NCBI GenBank assembly: GCA_964236955.1
Contig: CAXSGP010000103.1
Coordinates: 1-15,885 of the forward strand
Length of the DNA stretch: 15,885 nucleotides
DNA from: an uncultured Oligoflexus sp.
GTDB taxonomy: Bacteria > Bdellovibrionota_B > Oligoflexia > Oligoflexales > Oligoflexaceae
Reading direction: 5' to 3'
Part shown: piece after piece, positions 6,832 to 15,875 of the stretch
Layout of the letters: every line of letters starts with the position of its first letter
Position numbering within the stretch: position 1 is the first letter of the stretch
Translations under genes and position numbers: made by a program
Notes under the pieces: model-generated
Database searches by the model: none
What the model was told of the DNA's origin: nothing
Seen by the model: the letters and a program-made list of their open reading frames with translations, nothing else

Positions 6832-7736
6832 CGCTTCCATTCCGCAAAATGACAGTTGCCGTTGAGGCCTACGAAAATATAGGCACAAGACTCAACTTCG
6901 GCCACCAAAAATTCCATGTAACTGGCAATTGCATTAGAGTGGGCAATCCATTGCGGCAATCGAATCACCTCGGCCGCCAGGCCGCGCTTTTGCATATGCT
7001 CCCAGCAGGAGGGCAGAAGGCCTTTTAAGTGGCTGTAGATATAAATTCTTTGAAAGTGGGCCGGGGCGCGGCCATTGGAGTCAAGCCAGCTGTCCCACTG
7101 CGTGAAAAGTTCCGCCATACCCATGAGGCCCAAACGAAAATCATGGACCCGAACGTCCCGCCCATGCAAGGCTCTTTGTTTGCCTTGGGACCCATCCTCG
7201 TGTATCACCGCCTCGATAAAGAGCGCCGGGCGCTGTTTTAAGTCGCGTTTTTGAAAATAATTGCGCTCGTCCCGAAAGCTAAGGCGGCCATGGCGATCGA
7301 GCAGGACCCCGGAAAAGATCTTTGTGTCATAGACCTGCTCCTGCACCTCGAGGAGCTCCTCGAAGGAATCGAGGGAAAAGGGGCTGACCCTTAAAAGGGA
7401 TTTTTCAAGAGCCATGCGGGCCGGATCGCTGAGATCGGGGGCCTGATCGACGATTTGCACAAAGCAGGCATGATCGATCGGTTTTTTCACGATGGCATTC
7501 CAGAGGTCGGATAGGCCATTGAGCTGGGAACACTGCTGAAAGATCGCGGCCATCGTCGGCCGCTCCCGATCACTCGAGGCAAACAGAAGGTGGCTCGGCA
7601 TAACCCTTTGCTTATGGATGCGCTGAGCCACCAGAGAATCAAGCGCCTTCCAGCGTTGCCAGCCCTTATCCTCAACCTCGATGACCTGCCTTGATACCGT
7701 TCCCTCGATCTCAAGCGCGATACGATAATTAAGCAT
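6828..7736 (-). CDS. Hypothetical protein, probable highly diverged thiolase/ketosynthase fold (~302 aa)
   Basis: AAIFQQCSQLNGLSDLWNAIVKKPIDHACFV resembles the thiolase nucleophile-Cys segment. LDSNGRAPAHFQRIYIYSH and WIAHSNAIAS resemble the C-terminal catalytic loops. It lies immediately before a FadB-like gene. Start placed at ATG 7736, 1 nt after the TPR gene stop. The ORF is solid; the fold call is tentative. Confidence 0.45.
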   Translation of the reverse strand: MLNYRIALEIEGTVSRQVIEVEDKGWQRWKALDSLVAQRIHKQRVMPSHLLFASSDRERPTMAAIFQQCSQLNGLSDLWNAIVKKPIDHACFVQIVDQAPDLSDPARMALEKSLLRVSPFSLDSFEELLEVQEQVYDTKIFSGVLLDRHGRLSFRDERNYFQKRDLKQRPALFIEAVIHEDGSQGKQRALHGRDVRVHDFRLGLMGMAELFTQWDSWLDSNGRAPAHFQRIYIYSHLKGLLPSCWEHMQKRGLAAEVIRLPQWIAHSNAIASYMEFLVAEVESCAYIFVGLNGNCHFAEWKR

Positions 7737-7737
7737 C

Positions 7738-8829
7738 CTAAAAACCTTTGTGTGTATCGTCCATGGCGCCCTGAAGACGACTGATGCCCTCTCGTACCTT
7801 TTCCTTAAGGAAGTGATCGTCGAGGCATTCATCCAGCGTGTTCAACGTTTCTAGGACTGCTGGCCAGTTTTGCTGGCGAAGATAGGCGTCGACCAGCTTC
7901 TCCAATGGCTCGAGCATATTGGGTTCGAGATCGATCACTTTTTTATAGGTTTCAATCGCTTCATCATAGCGCCTTGTCTTTTCCAGCATCTCGCCGATAC
8001 GCAGAGTAAGGATGGCTTTGTTGAGGTTGCCATCGATTTTTTTCACCTGCACGGCGAGTACCCGCAGACATCCCTCCCAATTTTGCAGACGGTAGTAAGC
8101 TTCATAATGAATGGCAAAAGTGCTGAGGGGGCTGTCGACGCAGTATTTTTCCAGGACATCGACCGAATTCTGGGGTGCATCGAGCTGATAGAGATAGACT
8201 GCCGCCAACTCCTGGGCACTCCGGAAGCGATCGTTGACGTGTTTGGCCGAGGAAAAAAGATTTTGCAGAACTTGCGCGACTTTATCCCACTGGTTATTCT
8301 GCGTATAGACGATTTTAAAGTAACGCAGGCCCTTTTGATTAAAGGGGTCGAGTTCAATCAGGCGTTCGTAGCTCCGATTGAGATGATGCTCGTCATACTT
8401 CTTTTTTTCATAGATAAGGCAGAGCCGCTCCATGCACGCAATCTGGTCTTCCTTCGTCTTCAGCTTGGGATAGATAGCCTGAAGTAGAATTGCCTCGTTG
8501 CCATAATCACGTTCGTCGACGATCGAGTGGAGGGCCTTTTCACGAAACTCGACGTAGCCTAGATGCAGATCCTTGACAAGCTTCAGGCAGACGCGCGCGG
8601 CCTTGCTGATATCCTCGAGGTAGATGGCATAGGCGCGTGCCGTGCGCACGTAGTGGTCGATCTTTCTTTTTTTGGGATTGTCGATTTGCTGTTCTAAGAT
8701 GTGAAAATAACTGGTCCAGCATTCGAAATTCTGCAAACAGTCGAAGACCTCATCAAGCTGAGTCTCAGGGCTCAGTGAGCCCTTGTGGATTGATGTGACT
8801 AATTCAGAGATTTCGAATGGCGCTTCCAT
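7738..8829 (-). CDS. Tetratricopeptide repeat protein (363 aa)
   Basis: Helical repeats with TPR hallmarks (YERLIELDPFN; IGEMLEKTRRYDEAIETYKKVIDLEPNMLEPLEKLVDAY); GAGGG upstream of the ATG. Confidence 0.85.
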   Translation of the reverse strand: MEAPFEISELVTSIHKGSLSPETQLDEVFDCLQNFECWTSYFHILEQQIDNPKKRKIDHYVRTARAYAIYLEDISKAARVCLKLVKDLHLGYVEFREKALHSIVDERDYGNEAILLQAIYPKLKTKEDQIACMERLCLIYEKKKYDEHHLNRSYERLIELDPFNQKGLRYFKIVYTQNNQWDKVAQVLQNLFSSAKHVNDRFRSAQELAAVYLYQLDAPQNSVDVLEKYCVDSPLSTFAIHYEAYYRLQNWEGCLRVLAVQVKKIDGNLNKAILTLRIGEMLEKTRRYDEAIETYKKVIDLEPNMLEPLEKLVDAYLRQQNWPAVLETLNTLDECLDDHFLKEKVREGISRLQGAMDDTHKGF

Positions 8830-8957
8830 CTATTCATCCCTCATCGGATAATGGACTTTTTCCTATGTTATCAGAGGGAGTTGCTGTTGGACAGTCGGGA
8901 GGCGTATCTAAACGAGGAAGAGGGCGCCATCCCAGAAAGAGCCGCCCGGCGCCAGCG

Positions 8958-9554
8958 TTATTTGGCTATGAGATTGTTCAAAAGGCTTTCACTCGCTGTT
9001 TTCACGATTTCCGAGTAGTCATACACGGCCTCATCAAAGAGCCACTGGAGACTCACACCATCGACGGTGGCGAGAATGAGTGAGGCCTGGTGCTGAGGGT
9101 TGACCTGGCGAAAGACTCCCTGCCTGACGCCTTCTTCGATGACCTTGGCGCAGGAGTCACGAAACTTTGCGTAATGGCGGGAAACCACTTGCCGAACTTC
9201 CTTTTTCTGGTTGATCTGCGTCCAGAAGTCCATATTCACCTGGTAATATTCTTTAGTGCTGCGCACAATATCAAAGGCGACGGCAATAAAGACTTTGATC
9301 TTATCGATCGGACTGGAAATTGATTCCATATCGGCGGCAATAATATTTTCAATATCCCCAGACACCTTATCGAGCACGGACATCATCAGATCGTCCTTGT
9401 TCAAAAAGTAATAGTGGATAATGCCTTTACTGACACCGGCCGTACGGGCGACGTCCTGCATAGAAAAATTGTGATAGCCATGCTTGGTAATGCAATCCAC
9501 CGTGGCTCGAACAATCTGGTCTTTTCTTTCTGCTGCTACATCGGGCTTAGACAT
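8958..9554 (-). CDS. TetR/AcrR family transcriptional regulator (BetI-like C-terminus), 198 aa
   Basis: ERKDQIVRAT...GYHNFSMQDVARTAGVSKGIIHYYFLNKDDL is a TetR HTH. Start placed at ATG 9554 rather than 9728. Confidence 0.95.
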   Translation of the reverse strand: MSKPDVAAERKDQIVRATVDCITKHGYHNFSMQDVARTAGVSKGIIHYYFLNKDDLMMSVLDKVSGDIENIIAADMESISSPIDKIKVFIAVAFDIVRSTKEYYQVNMDFWTQINQKKEVRQVVSRHYAKFRDSCAKVIEEGVRQGVFRQVNPQHQASLILATVDGVSLQWLFDEAVYDYSEIVKTASESLLNNLIAK

Positions 9555-9817
9555 CTTATTCCCAATCCTGGAATCTACAATTTTTTTATTGCCAAATGGC
9601 TCACTCGGCATCGACCGTTGGGCCGTCATTTTAGGATGATATGAGAAGACGAATCGACTTCGACAACAACCCTGAATGCCAGGGTATATAGCCTCAGTTT
9701 CCGCTTGGCAAAGCCTGAATAGTAGCATAGGGATTTTTTCTTAACAAGGCTACACCCTGTCGAAAATGTCTAGATCTTGTGCCCTTATCCAGTCCTCACA
9801 ATCGCTGCGTCAGAAGT

Positions 9818-9847
9818 TTGTCTGTTGGCTGACGACTATGCTAAAGT
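9818..9847 (+). promoter_or_regulatory. Putative sigma70 promoter for the outer-membrane operon
   Basis: TTGTCT-N18-TAAAGT with an extended -10 TGn; GGAG RBS at 9901-9904. Confidence 0.35.
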
Positions 9848-9910
9848 GTAACATCATGATTTCCTAATCTACATGCTGCGGGGTTTTTTAACACCCGTAT
9901 GGAGTAAGTA

Positions 9911-11026
9911 ATGCGTTGGCTAAAGCCTGCCATATTTGCAACAACCTGTCTCACTGCCTTTCCCTACCTTACGCCGCTGGCCGAAGCTCGGCAGCAGGAG
10001 CACTGGACCCATTATGGTCTGCGGCCGCTAGGCATGGGAAACGCTTATGTAGCCGTTGCCGATGACTTTAACGCATTGTTTTATAACCCTGCCGGGCTGG
10101 CAAGACTCAAGACCTGGGACGGAGAATTCCTGAACCCGTCCCTCACCTGGTCACAAAATGTCAAGGGACTCGTGAATGACGCAAAAAATCTTAAGAGCGG
10201 CAGCACCGAGGACACCCTCAATCTGGTTGAAAAAAATACCGGCGAAAATTACAATGTTGGCTTGGCTTTAACCCCGCACCTGATCTTTCCTAATTTTGGC
10301 TTTGGGCTGGGCCTTGATGCTTCGGCGGGCGCCGTCTTTCACCGCGACGTCACGGTCGATCTCGACACCGGCCTGCGGGCTGTCCTGCCGATTGCCTTTG
10401 CCAAGAATTTTCTCAACGATCGCTTGGCGATCGGGGTGGCCCTTAAGCTTCGCGCCCGGGTTGGCATCGATCAAAACTTTAGCATGGACGATATCGCCGC
10501 TTTCCAATCGACCAGCAAAACCGATAAAACGGGTCGCGAACTTGAAGATTACGTCAAAGCCGGCACCGGCTATGGGGCCGACCTGGGCCTCCTCTTCACG
10601 CCCATGAAACAATTTGAACCGACCTTTGGACTGAGCATCACTGATCTTGGCGGCACCCCCTACGCCGTTTACAAGGTCAAAGGCAGTATCCTGGGTGCGC
10701 CACCCCTACAGGAGCCCAGCGTCAATGTCGGGATCAGTGCGAAGCCGATTCAAACAGGATGGAGCTATGTGATGGTGGCCGCTGATATGCATTCGATCAA
10801 TCAGCCCTATTCCTTCTCCAAAAAATTTAATCTCGGTGTGGAAGGGGGGCTCGGCAATATCCTCAAACTTCAAACCGGCCTTTATCAGGGTTATTTAACT
10901 GCGGGACTCCAGTTCGACGTCGGACTCTTAAGCATCAGACTGGTGTCCTATGCTGAGGAGCTCGGAACTACGGCCGGCTACAAAGCCGATCGCCGTATCG
11001 CCGCTCAGCTTAAGTTTTTGCTCTAA
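9911..11026 (+). CDS. Outer-membrane beta-barrel, FadL/TodX-TraF_2-PorV-like superfamily (371 aa)
   Basis: Sec signal ending AEA; N-terminal motif RPLGMGNAYVAVADDFNALFYNPAGLA; alternating amphipathic strands; C-terminal strand AAQLKFLL. Confidence 0.8.
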   Translation: MRWLKPAIFATTCLTAFPYLTPLAEARQQEHWTHYGLRPLGMGNAYVAVADDFNALFYNPAGLARLKTWDGEFLNPSLTWSQNVKGLVNDAKNLKSGSTEDTLNLVEKNTGENYNVGLALTPHLIFPNFGFGLGLDASAGAVFHRDVTVDLDTGLRAVLPIAFAKNFLNDRLAIGVALKLRARVGIDQNFSMDDIAAFQSTSKTDKTGRELEDYVKAGTGYGADLGLLFTPMKQFEPTFGLSITDLGGTPYAVYKVKGSILGAPPLQEPSVNVGISAKPIQTGWSYVMVAADMHSINQPYSFSKKFNLGVEGGLGNILKLQTGLYQGYLTAGLQFDVGLLSIRLVSYAEELGTTAGYKADRRIAAQLKFLL

Positions 11027-11069
11027 GCGCCCCGGTTAAACAAACACCTTGAGAAAGAGGACTCTCGAT

Positions 11070-11852
11070 ATGAAATGGATTGCTAAGGCTCTGTTAGCAA
11101 GTATGGTACTCCCGTCAGCGCTCGTCGCAAAAGGCCTGGATAAGCTGCAGCCCGCCACGGTAGAGCCAGCGGACGACAGCAAGGAAAAAGACTTCGAGGC
11201 GCCAAAGGCCGATAAAAAACCGGCCGAAGCACCCGCTGAAAAAAAACCTGACGCCGCCGTGAAGGAAGCGGACAGCGAACCTCAAGGCGAGAAAAAAGCC
11301 GAGGCCGAAGCTGATAAAGACAAAAAGGAACCCAAAGCTCCCGAGCCGCCAATCGAAGCTGGTTTTCAACGCTGGTATATCGGCACGAGCCTTGGAATTA
11401 TGAAGACGACGTCAAGCCAAGGCGCCTGGAACAGTTCCAGCACCGGCGATCTTGAGCTTGCCAATAAACTTATCAAACAGTATCAGGGCAAATTCGATAT
11501 CTTTGGGACTTTTCGCTACCGACCAAGTGCTGTCACCGTAAAAAGCAGCTCGCGCGCCTACCGCGGGGTGGTGGAGACCTATCTCCTTGGCGGCAAAGGA
11601 CAGATGGAACTGCGACCCAAACTCTTTGCGGTCGCCAGTGCAGAATTGGGACTGGCCCGGGTCGCGCTAAGGCCCATTGATGGCATCCCAACAGTTGACG
11701 GGGCCCTTGAAAAATCCGGAGTTGATCTGACGATTGGAGCTGGGGTATCCTATCTTGTCCTCGACAAAATCGCTGTAGGGACCCAACTTCATCTGGGTTT
11801 AGGCACGTACAAATCCACTCAATTTGGCGTAGATTTTCGCTTCCTCCTCTAA
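11070..11852 (+). CDS. Small outer-membrane beta-barrel protein with a K/E/A/D/P-rich N-terminal linker (260 aa)
   Basis: GAGG RBS before ATG 11070; signal peptide; ~65-aa low-complexity charged segment; then about 8 amphipathic strands (RWYIGTSLG ... IGAGVSYLV ... FGVDFRFLL). Confidence 0.75.
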   Translation: MKWIAKALLASMVLPSALVAKGLDKLQPATVEPADDSKEKDFEAPKADKKPAEAPAEKKPDAAVKEADSEPQGEKKAEAEADKDKKEPKAPEPPIEAGFQRWYIGTSLGIMKTTSSQGAWNSSSTGDLELANKLIKQYQGKFDIFGTFRYRPSAVTVKSSSRAYRGVVETYLLGGKGQMELRPKLFAVASAELGLARVALRPIDGIPTVDGALEKSGVDLTIGAGVSYLVLDKIAVGTQLHLGLGTYKSTQFGVDFRFLL

Positions 11853-13466
11853 ATGCCCGGAGTTTTCAGTATGGCCAAGTCTCCCTATTTCCCGTCAGTT
11901 CGGATGGATCTAGGAAAAGGGGAAGGGCACTTAGCCTGGGCTTTACCCGCATGGTTTTGGCTGCTGCTTGGGACAGGCCTTACGTCGTGTAAAATGAAGG
12001 AGCAGGCGGGCGAACTTCTCGTCCGCGCGCCGAATCCAGGCCATTATGAAATTTACCGCATTGAATCGGAAGATCCCCTGCAGTTTATCTCCGAACAGGT
12101 CGGTTCCTTCAATGAGGCGCTGAAGCTGCCGGCGGGACACTACCTAATTCTTGCCGACTGCAGCTTTGAAAACGTGATCCTCAGACCCAATGAAAGCCGC
12201 TCCCTGATTGCTCACCAGGTGATTTTCAATCCGCCCGTGGTACCCGACCCAGCCGATAGTTTTTCGATACAGTGCAATCGCTTTTCGAAAACCAAATCCC
12301 GTCAGCAGTTCTCCAATCGCTATTCCCTAAACGTTTTGCACGGCACCCGTGATCTCCTGGTCGGTATGGTGCCGATGCAGATCAAATTTGATGAGGTCAC
12401 CGATCACAAAAGCCCGCAGGTGCTCACCTATAAACTGTCGGGAATGCGCGTCACAAGCTATGCCGGGATGAAACCAAAAACCAGCTACTTTATCTCGCCG
12501 GTCAATGGCCTCCTGTCGGTGACCGAGACGCAGGAATTTGGCCATTGGCAGTTTCTCCTCGCCGGGCAGTATCGCCTCGAGGTGAACGGCACAAGTCTTG
12601 ATATCGATCTGAAGGAAGGCCAGCAGCATGAGGTGCGCCCGGCATTTTTAAAAATCGGCGTGTCTGAAAACGTCAATCTCAATACCTCCTCCAATATTTT
12701 GGGCACACCCTCCTACGTGGAACTCAATCAGGGCCATTGGCTCGATCTCAACGAGGTCTATCCTGTCTTGCCCGGTATGGCTACGCTGAAGATGAATGGC
12801 AGCCTCAAAGAGCACACGGTCGATCTTGTCGAGGATGTGACGACGGAAAAAAAGGTGCGCTCAGTCCTTGTCGATCTGGATTGCTCGCCCTGGGATTGGT
12901 CCTGCCTTGGCAGCAAAGACATCTACCTTTACGAAACGGATAAGTCCTATCCCTTCGCCCAGGGGATCACTGATGTACCACTGCTCTTTTTTGAAGACGA
13001 TGCCTGGGTCAGCCTGCAGGGTTCGCGCGATATTCGCATGAAGCTCACCCAGCAGCAGGACTCGACGTTTAAGGTGGGTCGGGTCCGCCTTATCCCGAAA
13101 CAGTTTCATCGCCATGGCCAAATTACCGACCTCTCGCGCATTGAAGCCTCGGGCTTTCCCTCGGTGGGCCGCTCGCTTGATCTTCCGGTCGAAGACGAAA
13201 CGGAATTGCCGCTGATCGTCGGTCGCTACTATCTTGCCCAGTACAATGCTATCGCTACCAATGACTGGGAACGCCGCTCCAATCGCATTCCCATCCAGGT
13301 GACGACGTCGGATACGCTGGAGGTGCCCTTTACTGTTTTTGTGTCGGAAAAAAAGCTGAAACAGATTCATGAAAAGCAGGACGTAACTAAAAAAAGGCGG
13401 ATCGAAGAAAAGTATCGCCTGACGCAGTGGCGCTACCGCTCGATCGTCCCATCAAAGGTCAACTGA
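11853..13466 (+). CDS. Large putative lipoprotein with repeated beta-sandwich modules; start uncertain (11853/11871/11904)
   Basis: Hydrophobic stretch followed by lipobox LTS|C. Four recurrences of an L-x-x-G-x-Y/A-x-L motif (LPAGHYLI, LLAGQYRLEVNG, VLPGMATLKMNG, LIVGRYYL), as seen in PEGA/carboxypeptidase-regulatory-like domains. Stop overlaps the recN 3' end by 15 nt. Confidence 0.65.
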   Translation: MPGVFSMAKSPYFPSVRMDLGKGEGHLAWALPAWFWLLLGTGLTSCKMKEQAGELLVRAPNPGHYEIYRIESEDPLQFISEQVGSFNEALKLPAGHYLILADCSFENVILRPNESRSLIAHQVIFNPPVVPDPADSFSIQCNRFSKTKSRQQFSNRYSLNVLHGTRDLLVGMVPMQIKFDEVTDHKSPQVLTYKLSGMRVTSYAGMKPKTSYFISPVNGLLSVTETQEFGHWQFLLAGQYRLEVNGTSLDIDLKEGQQHEVRPAFLKIGVSENVNLNTSSNILGTPSYVELNQGHWLDLNEVYPVLPGMATLKMNGSLKEHTVDLVEDVTTEKKVRSVLVDLDCSPWDWSCLGSKDIYLYETDKSYPFAQGITDVPLLFFEDDAWVSLQGSRDIRMKLTQQQDSTFKVGRVRLIPKQFHRHGQITDLSRIEASGFPSVGRSLDLPVEDETELPLIVGRYYLAQYNAIATNDWERRSNRIPIQVTTSDTLEVPFTVFVSEKKLKQIHEKQDVTKKRRIEEKYRLTQWRYRSIVPSKVN

Positions 13467-15257
13467 AAGCTCCTCGCCGCCCGAGCCTTTCTGAGCGGCG
13501 GAAATAAGCTGTCTGGCGTTCTGAAGACTGCTCGGGGTGACCTTCATCCCGGATAAGAGCCGTGCGATCTCCGCCTCACTCTGCGGGCCATCAAGCCTAA
13601 AGATATGGGATTCGGTTGAACCCTTCTTTTGCACCTTCTCCACCTTAAAGTGGGCATCGCCATAGGCGGCCACCTGCGCCAGATGGGAAATACAAATGAC
13701 CTGAAAGCTATCCGCAAGACCCTTGAGTTTGCTGCCGACGATGTCGGCGGTATGCCCGGAGATGCCGGTATCGATCTCATCGAAGACCATGACGCAGGTA
13801 TTGGCTCCCGCTGACAGGATCTTTTTGAAGCCCAGCATGATCCTTGAAATCTCGCCGCCCGAAGCAACCTTGGCCAAAGGCTTAAAGCCCTCCCCAGGGT
13901 TGGCGGCCAGCAGGAACTGGCCTTTTTCCCGGCCCAAGCGCGAATTTTCGCTGAGAATATCGACACATTTAGCCCAATTCTTCTTGGTCTCCTCATCAAA
14001 ATCCAAAAGATCAAGCTCGGGAATGGTCTGCCGTACCGCCTGAAACTCAAAATTGATTTTAGCACCTGCCATGTTCAGATCACGCAGCTCACTTTCAATC
14101 TTTTTACGCGCCTGATCTGCTGCCTTCTGCCGCGCCGTCGTCAGCTGGCGACCCCACTTATCGATCTCCTGCAGCTGCTTGAGGAGGATCCTGACTTTAT
14201 CGGCAAGCTCATCGGGCGCCACGCGCACATACGACAGCTCCTGATCAAGCCGCTCATATTCGGCCATCATTTCTTCGATGCTGCGGACGCCGAGCTTTCG
14301 GAACAGACGTTGATAGTCGGCGAGGCGACTCTCATTTGCCTCGAGCGTTTCCTCACTGAGACCTTGGTCATCGACGATGCGGCCGAGATGAAAACTCAAC
14401 TCGTCGAAGATGCCGCTGACTTCACGCAGCTGATCAAGCACGGCCACGAACTGCGGGTTGCCTTTGATGAGCCTGGAGCTATCGCTCAGGCGCAGCAGAT
14501 CCCGCACGGCCGCACTCATCGACTTACCGTTATAGGATTCGTCCTGAATCATCTGCAGCTGCTGCAGAACCTTTTGCTCCTGCAAATACTGCTTGGCTTC
14601 GCCACAGATTCTGGTGATTTCGTTATAGTCGTCAAGGCTCGGTTCAAATTCCTCTAGCTCCTGAAATCGAAACTGCAGATAATCCTGCTCCCGGCGACGC
14701 GTGAGAAATTGCTCGAGGCGCTTTCTGATTTCCTGATAAAGCGTAGACACCTGCCCCATGAGATTGATGACACTGAGGCGCAGCTGAGGTTTATCCAGAA
14801 ATTGATCGATATAATCGATGTGCGTCGAGGGATCCAGCATGCGATGGTTTTCGTGCTGACCATAGATATCGATCAGCGTCTGACCCAATTCGCGAAGCGT
14901 CGATTGGGTAATCGCCTGATCATTCATCCAGGCCTGCGAACGATTTTTGCTATTGATCTCGCGGCGCAGAATGATTTCCGTGAGGTCCTGATCGTCGTGC
15001 CAAAGCCCATGCTCGTCAAGATACTCCGCCGCTGGATGCGAGCGCGGCAGGAGAAAACGGGCGGAAACATAAGCTTTGTCAAATCCATTGCGAATCACTT
15101 CGGCATCAGCCTTGGCCCCTAACAAAAGGTGCAGGGCTTTGATCAGTATCGATTTACCAGCACCTGTTTCGCCGGTGATTACGTTGAGGCGGGGGGAAAA
15201 ATCTATATGCAATTCTTCGATTATCGCAAGTCCACGTATCGTTAATTGTGTAATCAT
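13452..15257 (-). CDS. recN: DNA repair protein RecN (601 aa)
   Basis: MITQLTIRGLAII, Walker A ITGETGAGKS, IYGQHE, long coiled coil, ASGGEISR signature, Walker B VFDEIDTGISG, QVICISHLAQVAA. Start placed at ATG 15257. Confidence 0.98.
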   Translation of the reverse strand: MITQLTIRGLAIIEELHIDFSPRLNVITGETGAGKSILIKALHLLLGAKADAEVIRNGFDKAYVSARFLLPRSHPAAEYLDEHGLWHDDQDLTEIILRREINSKNRSQAWMNDQAITQSTLRELGQTLIDIYGQHENHRMLDPSTHIDYIDQFLDKPQLRLSVINLMGQVSTLYQEIRKRLEQFLTRRREQDYLQFRFQELEEFEPSLDDYNEITRICGEAKQYLQEQKVLQQLQMIQDESYNGKSMSAAVRDLLRLSDSSRLIKGNPQFVAVLDQLREVSGIFDELSFHLGRIVDDQGLSEETLEANESRLADYQRLFRKLGVRSIEEMMAEYERLDQELSYVRVAPDELADKVRILLKQLQEIDKWGRQLTTARQKAADQARKKIESELRDLNMAGAKINFEFQAVRQTIPELDLLDFDEETKKNWAKCVDILSENSRLGREKGQFLLAANPGEGFKPLAKVASGGEISRIMLGFKKILSAGANTCVMVFDEIDTGISGHTADIVGSKLKGLADSFQVICISHLAQVAAYGDAHFKVEKVQKKGSTESHIFRLDGPQSEAEIARLLSGMKVTPSSLQNARQLISAAQKGSGGEELSVDL

Positions 15258-15427
15258 CGTCTCACTATGCCTCTGTTGAGAAACATCGCTTATAAATTTG
15301 AGTGGCCTTGGATCCCATGGGACTCTGGCAGCCGACCTCATTAGGACGTTATCATGAGCGCCTTGCAGCGATCCATGGACTTTATGGCAATTTTTTATGG
15401 TGATTAAAAAGACGGGCAGGTCAAAAC

Positions 15428-15502
<75 letters not shown>

Positions 15503-15516
15503 TTTGTCTCACGCAA

Positions 15517-15545
15517 ACGGTAAAGGGGATCCCTTACGAAATCAA
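15517..15545 (-). promoter_or_regulatory. Putative sigma70 promoter for tRNA-Thr (possibly also recN)
   Basis: TTGATT-N17-TACCGT, 14 nt upstream of the tRNA 5' end. Confidence 0.5.
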
Positions 15546-15586
15546 CTGTAATTTCGCGTGATCCCGTGCAGCTGAAAAAAACGCAA

Positions 15587-15620
15587 TAAAAAAAGCTCCA
15601 CCTTGCAGCAGAGCTTTTTC
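15587..15620 (-). terminator. Rho-independent terminator after tRNA-Glu
   Basis: Minus strand GCTCTGCT-GCAA-GGTGGAGC hairpin (with G-U pairs) followed by T7; flanking A/T tracts could make it bidirectional. Confidence 0.75.
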
Positions 15621-15634
15621 GAACGCTCAAAAAA

Positions 15635-15711
15635 TGGCGTCCCCAGGGGGATTCGAACCCCCGTCGCCGCCGTGAAAGGGCGGTGTCCTGGGCCGACTAG
15701 ACGATAGGGAC
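15635..15711 (-). tRNA. tRNA-Glu (anticodon TTC)
   Basis: GTCCCTA acceptor stem; CCGCC-CT-TTC-AC-GGCGG; GGTTCGAATCC; encoded CCA. Confidence 0.97.
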
Positions 15712-15728
15712 ATACTCGGCGAAAAAAG

Positions 15729-15801
15729 TGAGCCCTGATGGACTCGAACCATCGACCCGTACATTAAAAGTGTACTGCTCTACCAACTGAGCTAAGAGCC
15801 C
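15729..15801 (-). tRNA. tRNA-Lys (anticodon TTT), CCA not encoded
   Basis: GGGCTCT/AGGGCTC acceptor stem; GTACA-CT-TTT-AA-TGTAC; GGTTCGAGTCC; discriminator A followed by CTT. Confidence 0.96.
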
Positions 15802-15837
15802 CTACATGTCCTCTGGCTTTCGCCGTTTGGAAGTAAA

Positions 15838-15875
15838 GATCTACAGTTGAGCGTATTTAGTGTCAACTTTTTTTT
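15838..15875 (-). promoter_or_regulatory. sigma70 promoter of the tRNA-Lys/tRNA-Glu operon
   Basis: Perfect TTGACA (15861-15866), 17-nt spacer, TAGATC (15838-15843), and an upstream A-tract resembling an UP element. Confidence 0.75.

Noticed and set aside
9820..9840. GTTGGCTGACGAC as a TetR operator
   Set aside because: Only about 8/13 dyad symmetry; too weak to call.
9911..11026. Conjugation system implied by TraF-like similarity
   Set aside because: No other tra/T4SS genes are present; this barrel motif is widespread outside conjugative elements.
5182..15279. Numerous 60-205 aa ORFs nested in or antisense to the main genes
   Set aside because: Frame or antisense shadows of longer, motif-supported CDSs, with no independent evidence.
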